From Azolla caroliniana (taxonomy: Eukaryota; Plantae; Polypodiophyta): a stretch of DNA of 64,000 nt. This document shows positions 33,876 to 45,666 of the stretch, piece by piece. The position numbers were made by a program, and so were the translations under genes. The notes below the pieces were generated by a model. It worked only from the letters and a program-made list of their open reading frames with translations. It ran no database searches and was not told the origin of the DNA. The stretch spans positions 15,004,001-15,068,000 of the forward strand of contig JBHGNT010000004.1 in assembly GCA_043228905.1 (NCBI GenBank). The letters are read 5' to 3'. Position 1 is the first letter of the stretch. Each line of letters opens with the position of its first letter.

Positions 33876-36800
33876 TGTAAGAGTTGCGTGCGGAAGCAAG
33901 TATATAGATAAAACAGAAGGGAGAACACTCAGGTTTAATGGAGAGCTTGAGCTTACACTATATACGCGGGAGAGACTGAGAGGGATTGAGAGAAGACAAA
34001 CAAGAAAAACAAACATGTATGTGTTCAATGAACACTTTGTACAAGCCCTAGAAGGACTAATTGGAGTACTGACAATACTTCAACGCTCATTAAGAGCTCC
34101 TACACTAACTCCCAAATATATTCCTCACGGAATATCTTTCCTAACGGCCTAACCGATCGGTCCCAGTCGATCTGGTCCTCGGCTTCTTCAGCCGATCCGG
34201 CCGATGTTGAGCTTGTCTCTCAACACTCCCCCTCAAGCTCAACTTGAGGCTCTTCGGGATCCTCGGGCTCACAGCTCCGGTTCCTCCTGGCTTCACGCCT
34301 CGCTCGCGCTCCTCGACCTGTTCGACTCTGCGCGCTTCGACCCTTCCGGTCGGCTTGTCTGCTCATGCGGCCCTTATCAGCTCTTCTACTGTTGCGGTGT
34401 TGACGCTTCTCCTGTTGCCTTTTCTTCCGCTTGGGCCTCGGTTGATTCAGCGTGTCTGAATCAAACATCTGAACTGACTCGGCTACCTCCGATCGGTTTT
34501 CGCTCTCGTCCGAGTTGGCTGTCTCCAACTCGTCTTCGGTCTTCTCGTCCTCGATTGCGTCATCTCCCCCATGCGTGGTTGGCTTCGGCTCTCTCCTTCG
34601 GTTGCTCCCCTTCTGTCCGCTTTCGGACTTTTCCGTGGGTCCGCCCTCGGCTTCTTCAACCGATCCGAACTCGAACTCGACAACCGAGTCTACCGACTCG
34701 GACTTGGTGTCGCGGTCTCCGCTCCTTTCCTGCTGCCTTGCTTGGTCGTTCGGGACTGTTCTCCCCCTCAAGGTCGGCACATCGAGGTGACGCAACCCGA
34801 GCGCACCTGAGAATTGCCGCAACTTGTCCAGACCAAGAGGCTTGGTGAAGATGTCGGTAGTCTACCGATCCGTCGGAACGTACTGAAGTTCGACTTCACC
34901 GGAAAGGACACGCTCACGGACGAAATGGTAGTGCACCTCAATGTGCTTGGTCCGTGCATGGAAAACGGGGTTCTTCGCGAGTTGGATGCTGCTGAGGTTG
35001 TCGCAGTAGATCGTCGTCGGATCTGACACCTCCACTTGCAGGTCCTTAAGTAGCCGCTTCAATCATATGGCTTCACATGTCGCGACAGCCGCTCCTCGGT
35101 ACTCAGCTTCGGTGCTCGACAGTGCAACTGTCGGCTGCTTCTTACTGCTCCACGCGATCGCGGCACTCCCGAGGGAGAATGCTTATCCGGACGTGGATCG
35201 GCGATCGGCGATCGGCGGCGTTGCCAGCCCAATCAGCATCGGTGTAGCCAACTAACTGCGCGGCTACACCAGTCCGATATAGCAGTCCTCGATCCTTAGT
35301 GCCACTTACGTACCGTAGTACGCATTGCGCCCACTGAAGGTGCTCCTCGGTAGGTCGCGCCATGAATTGACTGATCACCCCGACCGGATAACTGAGGTCG
35401 GGTCGGGTGATGGTCAAGTATATGAGGCTTCCGACAATTTGTCGGAACCTCGTCGGGTCGCATACCTTGCCCGTATCGGGACGAAGCTTGATGGTTCTGT
35501 CCAGAGGAGTCGAGACGGATTTACAGTCGGCCATCCCAAGTTTGAAGAGCATACCCAGCACGTAATGACGTTGGCTGATCAATATGCCTTCGAGGGTACG
35601 GATCACTTCGATCCCGAGGAAGTAATGAAGGTCCCCCAGATCCCTCATGTCGAACGATGCCGCAAGCTGGAGCTTCACGTAGGTCGGCGCCGGTGATGAC
35701 CAAGTCATCGACATATAGTAGGATACTAACCGGTCCGAGTCGACCTTTCCGGATGAACAGGGAAGAGTCCGATTTTGACGTGACAAAGCCCATCCGACGC
35801 AGTCGTTGCGTGATCTTCGCGTTCCAGGCACGCGAGGCTTGCTTCAGTCCGTAAAGGGACTTCTTTAGTCGGCATATTGCTGAGGTGTTTGTTCTAGAGT
35901 GAAATCCGGGGGGCTGTGCCATGTGCACCGGTCCAATATAGCAGTCCTCGGTCCTTAGTGCCACTTACGTACCGTAGTACGCGTTGCGCACATTGAAGGT
36001 GCTCCTCGGTAGGTCGCGCCATGAACTGACTGATCACCCCGACTGGATAACTGAGGTCGGGTCAGGTGATGGTCAAGTATATGAGGCTTCCGACAATTTG
36101 TCGGAACCTCGTCGGGTCGCATACCTTGCCCATATCGGGACGAAACTTGATGGTTCTGTCCAGAGGAGTCGAGACGGATTTACAGTCGGCCATCCCAAGT
36201 TTGAAGAGCATACCCAGCACGTAATGACGTTGGCTGATCAATATGCCTTCGAGGGTACGTATCACTTCGATCCCGAGGAAGTAATGAAGGTCCCCCAGAT
36301 CCCTCATGTCGAACGATGCCGCAAGTTGGAGCTTCACGTAGGTCGATTTCACGTAGGTCGGCGCCGGTGATGACCAAGTCATCGACATATAGTAGAATAC
36401 TAACCGGTCCGAGTCGACCTTTTCGGATGAACAGGGAAGAGTCCGATTTTGACGTGACGAAGCCCATCCGACGCAGTCGTTGCATGATCTTCGCGTTCCA
36501 GGCACGCGGGGCTTGCTTCAGTCTGTAAAGGGACTTCTTTAGTCGGCATATTGCCGAGGTGTTTGTTCCAGAGTGAAATCCGGGGGGCTGTACCATGTAC
36601 ACCTGTTCCTCAAGGTCACCTTGCAGGAACGCATTATTTACATCCATCTGATGTAAGTGCCACCCCTTGGCCGCGGCTACTGCGAGCAAAACACGGACAG
36701 TCGTCATTTTCGCGACCGGCGCAAACGTCTCATCGTAGTCGATGCCGTGTTTCTGCGTGTAGCCCTTTGCCACTAGCCGAGCCTTGTACCGGTTGACCGA

Positions 36801-39800
36801 GCCATCGACGTTGTACTTGACCTTGTACACCCACCTACACCCGATCGGTTTCACCCCTCTTGGTGCGTCAACCAGGTCCCAGGTCTCGTTCTCCGCCAAT
36901 GCGTGCATCTCTTCTTCCATCGCGGCACGCCAATTCGCGTCTTTAGCCGCTTCTGCGTAGCTCTCCGGCTCACGCACTTCCGCTATACGGGTCATGTACG
37001 CATAATGATGCGCCATGTACTCGTTGTACCCGAACCGCAAAACAGGATTCTTCTGGCGGGTAATCTCACATTAGCCGATGTCGAGGCCTTCTCGGTTGAC
37101 GCAGTCTTTACTTTTAAAGACCCGTCACCAATTCCCTCGGAGTCAGACTCGCGTCGGTCAGACTCGTTCTTATCCGTGCCGGAATCCGACACCTTCTTCT
37201 TCCCTTTCTCTTTGCCCGTAAGCCGTCTCCTCGGCTTCCTGCGCGGGGAATGCACGGCCGAGTCTCCACTACTCGACGGCTCTTCATCGGACTGATCGTA
37301 CCGACTCAGTCGTCCAATCGGTCCACTTAAGCGGAGTGAAATCGGACTCTCTTCGCGGGTCTCGATTTCGGGCTCATCCGGAGGCATCTCGGCCTCGCTG
37401 ACCTCATCGTCAGAACACGGATTGGACTCGGGGTTCGGAGTCGGGGGCTGGTACCAGGACGCGGACTCGTCAACCACAACGTCGCGACTGACACGCGCTT
37501 GTTTGGTGCAAGGGTTATAGCACTTATAACCCTTCTGCTTGTCCGAGTAACCGACCATGATGCATTTCTCGGCCTTTGCGTCCAACTTCCTCCTTTTCTC
37601 CTTCGGTACATGCACATACGCGATGCTACCGAACACCCTTAAGTGTCGCAAATTCGGCTTCGTTTCGAAATATAGCTCGTGCGCCGACACTTTGTCGCCA
37701 ATCCGGTTCTGGATGTATACCGCAGTCCATACCGCCTCGGCCTAGTAGAACTTGGGCAAGCTCTTTTCCTCCAGCATTGCTCGTGCCGCTTCCACAACTG
37801 ACCAATTCTTCCTCTCGGCCACGCTGTTCTGCTCCGGCGTGTATCTACAACTGAATTCGCAGCGAATTCCCATCTGTTGTAGATAACCGTTGAATTGACC
37901 GGAAAAGTACTCTTTTCCGCCATCCGACCGCAGGCACTTGATCTTTCGTCCTGTTTCCGTTTCCACGAACCCTTTGAGGTCACGGAAACATTCGAAGACT
38001 TCGCTTTTTCTCTCAAAGAGGTAGATCCATGTGTGCCGCGTGTGGTCGTCGATGAAGGAGACGAAATATCGGCTCCCGCCAAGACTAACGTTTTGTGTCG
38101 GCCCCCATACATCGGAGTGTATAAGGTCGAGCTTATTCCGTCTCCGGTTTTGCTCGTTGGGGAAAGGAAGTCGGTGTTGCTTCCCGAGCTGGCAAGCTTC
38201 ACAAATTTGTGCCTTTCGGCCACTAAGTTTGGGCAATCCGAACATTACCTGTTTCGATTGCAGATCTTGAAGCCGCTGGTAGTTGACGTGGCCTATCCGC
38301 TTGTGCCACAAGTCATGTCCGACTTGGCTTTTTGTCCCTTCGCGAACATTGCGGTGTCGCCGTCAGTGGAATCGAGGATGAACATCCTCCCGTCCCTGCG
38401 CCCTTGCGCAATCAGACGGCCTTCTTCCTCAATGAAGCACCCGAGGTGTGTAAACCGAACCTCCATCCCTTGGTCGACGATCTGTCCGACCGAGACCAAG
38501 TTTTTCGTGATTGTCGGAACGTGCAACACGTTCATGAGTTTCCCTTTCTGCCCGACATGGCTAAGGGGAACTTCTCCGGCATTCGCGATCGGATGCGGAG
38601 TGTCGTCTCCAGTTGCGACTACTCCAGGTTGTATCGGTTTTTCAAGGTACGAGAACCACTCCTTATGGCCCATCATGTGGTTTGACGCGCCGGAGTCTAC
38701 GTACCACACCTCGTCCGATCTCGGGGTGCTTTGTTTCATTGAGTTTTCTTTGTGTCTCGTCACGAAGGCAGACCCTTCTCCGACTCTCCCGGAGTCTTCG
38801 GCGTAGTGCGATTGCTGCCGATTTCCCTTGTCGGTATGTCTGGAGCCGTTTCTCTCCGAATCGGCGCGCTTCTTCTAGCACTCACTTTCCCTGTGGCCTT
38901 TCTTGCCACAGTACCAGCACTCCGCGATGGCCTTCCCTTGCCGGATCTCATCGCTTCGACTTCCCTTGTTTCCGGAGGGTCCGGAGTTGCTGTCGGCATC
39001 ACTTCGGTGCCTTCTTCCTTGATCTCGTCGGCCGCTTCCATTGCGTACCGACTCGCCTCGTCCGCCGCGAACACGGGGCCTTTCTCCCTCCGTGTACAAC
39101 ATCTTGCTGTCGGTGTGCGTGCTCGTCGATGCACCCGCGTGGTTCTCCTCTACCAGGAGCATCGACTGTAAGTCGAAAAAGGATGGCGTATTCTCTCGGG
39201 TACACACAGCCGTTCGGAACGCTCCGAACTTCGACGCCAAAACTCCGAGACAGATCTGGACCATCTCGCTCTCCTCAATGTTCACCTCTATGGAGGCGAG
39301 GGAGTCGCAGATATCCTTGATCTTCGAGGTATAGTCTGCCACCGACAAGTCGAGTTGTCGCAGGTTGCTCAACTCCTGTCGGAGCTGAAGCTTCCTGGTT
39401 GTGGTGCTCGCGGTGAAAATCTTCTTCAGATTTTCCCACGCACCCTTCGGCGTCTTTGCATCCCGAACATAGCTTAATAGCTGTTCGCCCACACACGACG
39501 CGAAGCAGTATAATACCCTGCTCGCCGATTGCTCCCACGACGGAAAGTCTCTGTGTGTCGATTCGGGTGCCACGTCATTAGCTCCTTCGACATAACTCCA
39601 GTAGTCGTGCCCGAGCAGGTACTGGTGCATCTTGTAGGACCAAGACGCGTAGTTGGTTCTGTCGAGCTTCTCTGTTGGAAGCGAGCTCGCCATGCCTCTA
39701 TCCATCGTTCTTCTTGTTCTTCTTCGTCAAGCTGTGTCGGCTGCAGGGAGGTTCTCAACCCTCGCGCTCTGATACCATGTAAGAGTTGCGTGCGGAAGCA

Positions 39801-40127
39801 AGTATATAGACAAAACAAAAGGGAGAACACTCAGGTTTAATGGAGAGCTTGAGCTTACACTGTATACGCGGGAGAGACCGAGAGGGATTGAGAGAAGACA
39901 AACAAGAAAAACAAACATATATGTGTTCAATGAACACTTTGTACAAGCCCTAGAAGGACTGACTGGAGTACTGACAGTACTTCAATGCTCATTAAGAGCT
40001 CCTACACTAACTCCCAAATATATTCCTCAAGAAATATCTTTCCTAACGGCCTAACCGATCGGTCCCAGTCGATCCGGTCCTCGGCTTCTTCAGCCGATCC
40101 GGCCGATGTTGAGCTTGTCTCTCAACA
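33876..40127 (-). mobile_element. Full-length Copia element nested in the gag of the Trp-primed Gypsy
   Basis: 350-bp LTRs 33876-34225 and 39778-40127, perfect TSD GATAT, PBS-Met TGGTATCAGAGC 39766-39777, PPT 34226-34239. Contains gag (38875-39705), protease WYVDSGASNHM, integrase, RT and RNase H, with stops and frameshifts. Confidence 0.97.
35271..36603. repeat. Internal tandem duplication of the Copia RT C-half (659 bp + 674 bp)
   Basis: Unit A 35271-35929, unit B 35930-36603. Duplicated peptides are visible in ORFs 35142-35831 and 36062-36505. Confidence 0.95.
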
Positions 40128-43100
40128 GATATCCTTCAGTCGGGTGGCCATGGATGAGCTACAAGAGAGAATCCACAAGATACGGCAACAAAACCCAACA
40201 TGGGGGTCCTTTGAAGAAGCTTTACGAGAGGCATATGATTATGAGAGACCGAAGGGATGAGATCGGCGAGAGTTCGATGAATGGGTGGCATCATAGAAGA
40301 CCCACCGAAGTGCAACACTAGCATTCTTAGAGTTTGAGTATCGTTTTGCTCAACTCTCGGAGTAGGAACAACAATTGGTGGGGATGGATAAAGTCCTAAT
40401 GTTCGTGAAGTCAATCGATCGGAAAGAAAGGATGGACATCGGGATTGAACTCGAAGGCGATGACAGTGAGAATGGTCTTATTGAGGATTGGGCCGACATC
40501 GAAAGGGTATGCCGGAGACATGATGAGAGGAAGAAGAGAATCTTGTCAACAACAACATGGCCTATAAGGGATGATCGATTAAGGATGAACGATGTGGCTG
40601 ATATGAAGGCCGTGGTTCGATTCGACGGACCACGGGAGAAGGTGTGGAACAAGGCATCCTCTCGTCTTGCGAAAGAACGACGGCCAAGGATAAGGTCGAT
40701 GGCTTGAGAGTGGCAAACACCACTTCAAGAACGGAAGAAGGTTTCGGAATACAAGTATCCGAAACATCAATTGAAAAAGGGGTAAGCATAATCGATGCTT
40801 GCATGATCGAGGGAGATAAAAAGTGCGAGGAGGACATGATTGAGGAGTTAGCCACGAAAGATGACATTGAGTCGGAGGTGGCTATGGACGAATCAATGGC
40901 GGATGGCCATATGCAGACTTTTCCACCACTAATTCTAGAGATTTCGGCAGTTGCATTCGAAAAGCAACGTGAGACCGAAGAGACGAAAGATGGCGGAGAG
41001 AAAACGAAGGCCGACGCCGATGCATACGACAGAGAGATAGCTGAGAAGGTGGCTATGGGTGAAACAATGGAGAACGATAATACGGAGGATTCCCGCCCAC
41101 TAATCCTAGAGACTTCGGCGGTTGTGTACGAGAAGCAACATGAGACCGGAGAGACGGGAGGTGGCGGCAAGAAAGGTAAAGTCAGAAGCCGGTTCGGATG
41201 GAAGATGATCCGGACGGAATTCCGATACGAAAGAAAGCCGACCCAAAAGGGGGTCGACTCGGTCAAAACTGATCGACCGAGTTCGATTCGGCCGAACGCG
41301 AATACGGATGGAAGCCGACCTAGCCGAAAGCCAATTGAACGAGACCAATCCGGAAAGAAGCTAATCTGACTCAGTCGGAGGTTGAACCAGTCGAGGCCGG
41401 TGAAAACGAGGAAAAGGAAGCAAATACGGACGGAAACCGATTAGTCGAAACTGACTCGAAAGGGGGCCAAATCGGTAAAATCCGATCAACAGAGTCCGAA
41501 TCGGAACGGAAGCCGATCCAACCGAAAGACCATCGGATGACACCGATTCAGAAAGAAGCTAATCCGACTCAACCGGAGATTCGAAAAGAAATCGACATTG
41601 ATAAAGACAAGGACGAGGCCAAGGAAAGGCACTACCACGGATAACAAGGACCAAGCGGGCCAAGAAAATTTGACAAGTCATGAATGGTTATGCTCAAGAG
41701 GAGCACGAGGAGCCGCGACAATTGGCCATGGCTATGCAAAGAGTGAACGAAGACTATGGTGGATTGGATGGTGAAAATGGGTTGGGTGGAAAGAATGGTT
41801 GTGCTCAAAATGGAGAGACAAAGTCGACATAGCGAGAGAAACGGAGGGTACTACAAGTAAAGAAGAATTACGAGGGCCGGTAACTGGAAACCGAGCAGAG
41901 CAAGCAACTGAAAACCGGCGACCGGACGAAGCCGGCAACAAAAAAGAACTGGAAACCGGATGGAGCCGGCAACTGAAAACGACCAGTGACGAAACCAATT
42001 GGGTGGAGAGCCGAGACATCACTACCATGCGGACACCGATAGGATTAGTCCGAATGTGCACACTACCACAAGGAGCGACAAACTTGGTTGCACATATGAT
42101 GAATGCGATGAACAAGGTGCTTCGAGATTGCATTCCGGAGATAACAATGCCATTCCTAGATGACATTCCGATGAAAGGATGCGCAGTAGAAGAAAAAGAT
42201 GAAACTATGGATGATTGGGGATGCCGAAAGTTCATAGTCGACCATATTCGTGATTGCGAGAAAGTGCTTCTAAAGTTAGAAGATGTGCACCTAACACTTT
42301 CTGGGGTGAAATCGGCATTCGGGCAAGAAGAAATATTGGTAGTCGGACATCTATTTGGGCCCTACGACTGAAGACCGTCACCAACCAAGATCGATGCGAT
42401 TCAAGCTATGAAAGAAGTATGTGAGTCACAATCCGAAGTTCGAATGTTTCTTGGAGCATGTGCATTCTATCACATATGGATTCCGCACTATGCACATATT
42501 GTGGACCCGCTCTATCACTTGTTGCGGAAGGGTAAGAAGTTTGAATGGAAACCGGAGCATAACAAACCCGTGAAGAAGCTCAAGAAATCACTACGGAGGG
42601 CAAACGCACTAAAGAAGTTGAACTATGATCGACTGATCATAGTAACGGTTGACACAAGTCCAACTGGAATCGGATGGGTCATCAATCAAGCCGACTCAGA
42701 TGGTTCGTGATATCCGATCCGATTCGGAGCAAAGGTTCTCAACGAAAGGCAACGGGGGTATGCAGAAGTCAAAAGAGAATTATGGGGAGTCATGTTGGCA
42801 ATCAAATCGGATTGAGATTATTTGATCGAAGCCGAAGTAGTGATCGAAACGGATTGTCTTCCAATACTCGCGATGATGCGGTGTTGCACGATACCGAATG
42901 TGGCTATGCTAAGGTGGATTGTATATGTTAAATCAGTTAATCCAAAGGTATGACACATCTCCAGAAAAGACAACGCGGTAGCGGATATGCTATCAAGGGC
43001 GCGGTTCGGAGATGACATAACCGAATCCGATAATGAAGAAGTTTCTGAAGACTACTTTGCTTCGGAGCACATATGCCGGGTGAACGTAGTCCGAGAATTC

Positions 43101-45666
43101 CGGGAAGAAGAATACGAGGGAGAAAGCTTGTTGATCGGGAAAGTACTACAAGAAATCAAGGAATCATCAGACAATAAAGAGAAGAGATCCGAGATCCGAA
43201 GTAAGAAACGACAAGTTTGAAAGTTCTTCTTGAAAAATGGATTAATATGGAGGGAGCCGAAAAGACCGGATGGCATACCACTTCGGGTATTCAGGATGAA
43301 AGAGCAATGAAACCGAATAATGTCTGAGTTTCACGAATCCGATTGGACTGGACTTTGAGGTACATGGGCAAGTTTTGTGAAAATCAAACAAAAATATTGG
43401 TGGAAGAACATGTACAAAGATATAGCGGAGTTCACGGAAAGCTGCGAGAAGTGTCAAATCTACTCCGGAGTTCGACACCGATATGAGTTACATCCGACAT
43501 TCTCACTGACAATCAACTTCAAATGGATGGTCAATATTGTGGCCATGCCAACCGAGATCGGACAAAAGAAGTACTTGGTGGTAGCTCGGGAAGATCTCAC
43601 AAACCAAGTAGAAGGGCGCTACGAAGGAAAATGTGTTATGTAGTATGCCAATTTCTTTTGGAGGAGGTGTTTTGCAGGTACGGGTGTGTAGGACAAGTGA
43701 TTGCGGATCGGGGAGAACTCGACTTTGATAAAGCTAAGGAATTCTTCACCAAGCATGGAGTTCGGTTAACACTAACAACGGCATACAATCCGGAGGCCAA
43801 TGGGAAAATCGAACGAGGACATAGTCCGATCGTCAAAGCACTTGCCAAAGCATGCGACGGAAGGGTGAAGGATTGGCCGCAGATGCTTCCGTATGCACTA
43901 TGGGCTGATCAAACGACGCATAGCTCCATAACCGGTTACATGCCGGCAGAACTCATGACCGGACAAGCACCGGTAATGCCAACGGAAACCGCGATCGCGA
44001 CATGGACAGTGCTACCATGGAAGGAAGAGATGAGCCGAGAAGAACTACTAGCGGTCCGGATACGACAACTAGAGGGAAAACCGGAAGACATAGTGGAAGC
44101 AATACGCCGATAACAAGAAGCGCAATTCCAGAATAAAAGCCGGTTTGACACAAAGCACTGACTAGGACCGTAGAAGATTGAAGAAGGAGATTGGGTGATT
44201 TTCTACGACAGTAGTTTGGATCATCAACATACAACGATGGGAAGTTCGAGACAAGGTAGTTCGGGCCATACGAGGTTCGGAAAGTTTTCGACAACAAAAC
44301 TTACCGGCTATGCGAGTTGGATGGAACGATGCTACGAGTGCCTATAGCCGAGAAACGGGTGAAGATTTTCAAGAAGCAGACTGATGAAGAATCCTATGTG
44401 ATCCTAGACAAGACCGACAAGGAGGAGCAATCGGACAAAGATCGTGGTGATGCGGAAAGCAAAGAAAGTGGATTACAACTCATAGTCGACATAAGGGGAG
44501 AATCAGAGGAAGCTTCGGATGAAGGTGAATAGCAAGCATCGGGGACTTCGGCACATACCGGAGGATGTGCAGGTTCGGAGGGGCGAGTGTCGTAGTGTGA
44601 ATCACACACTACGTGAAATATGTAAAATACTATATCCGATTTAAAGTACGTATAATGAATAAAATAAAATATTAAAAATATTTATTACGTGCATAGGGCA
44701 GGGTTCGAACGTTGTACCTCCACGTAGACAAACCCCAACCTTATCACTATACTAGCATATTATGAATTTTAAAGTTATACTAAACTTTATCCCATGTAAA
44801 TGTTCTAGATATGCATGGTACAAAAAGTTATTCATGCATACACACTCGAGTTAAAAGAAAAGATGGGATAGAAAGTTAATCATGCACATGTAGTGTGCAT
44901 GAAAACTAAAGTTAGGAATTTAAGCATGATGCTTGCATGTGATAAACTTAGACTCTTCCAACACTATATAAGAGAGAGAGAAAGATGTATAGTGGTTGTT
45001 GCTTATTTTACAAGGGTGGATTAATATAATATAATCGTGGGATTCACGAATTTGCTAACTATTTTTCTCTCTTAATCTGAGTACTCACTAATACACTATA
45101 CTCGTGGGATTCACGAGTTTTTCATATCTTTCTTTCTTACAACATATTTCATATTCATCATTGCCTTAGAATTTTCTTTTCTCCTAGTCCAAAACCTTAG
45201 TGGTTCTTGCCGGACTCACGCAACGATCTGGAGCCGAAAGGCATGACACCGTCATTGTGCTGGCATCGACCATGGCTACCTTGGGGTGAGTTGTGTCATC
45301 TTTGTGTGCTTCGGTACCAGCAGCACTCAGGCTCGGGTTTAGAAGAGTGGCTGGTGAGACATCGTCACTCAGCGTAGGGAGGCTTAAGGGCGGCTATTCT
45401 GGATGTTGCTGCTTGAATGACGCCAGCTTCTCCTCGGCGGCTTGCCATAGCTCGGTAGCCCATTTGGCTTGCTAATGCGCCGTTTTGATACGTCGGGCCA
45501 TGTCCTTGGTTGCCCGAGTAGTGTGGTGCAAATTTCGATATGCCTCGACTAAGGTCGTGTTCAGATCTGGTAGCTCCATGAGGAGAGAAGCATTTTGTGC
45601 TTGCTTCTTCCGCCCTATCTTCTGTAAGGCTCGATCCTTGCGTTGGATCATCTTTGTTTCCACATG

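Larger units (their letters stand above)
33025..45248 (+). mobile_element. tRNA-Trp-primed Gypsy element (possibly Selgy/Phygy-like), nested
   Basis: LTRs 33025-33623 and 44588-45248 (TGT...ACA), PBS 33628-33645, PPT GGAGGGGCGAG before 44588, 4-bp flanks CTGT/CCGT. gag is split by a Copia. RT has TLPQGATN..FLDDIPMKG, RNase H has VDTSPTGIG, integrase has YNPEANGKIERGH. Confidence 0.93.

Noticed and set aside
34204-39334. Long plus-strand ORFs opposite the Copia pol (e.g. 37895-38806), and similar ones at 46-50 kb and 55-57 kb
   Set aside because: Antisense shadows of GC-rich retroelement coding sequence, with no recognisable motifs.
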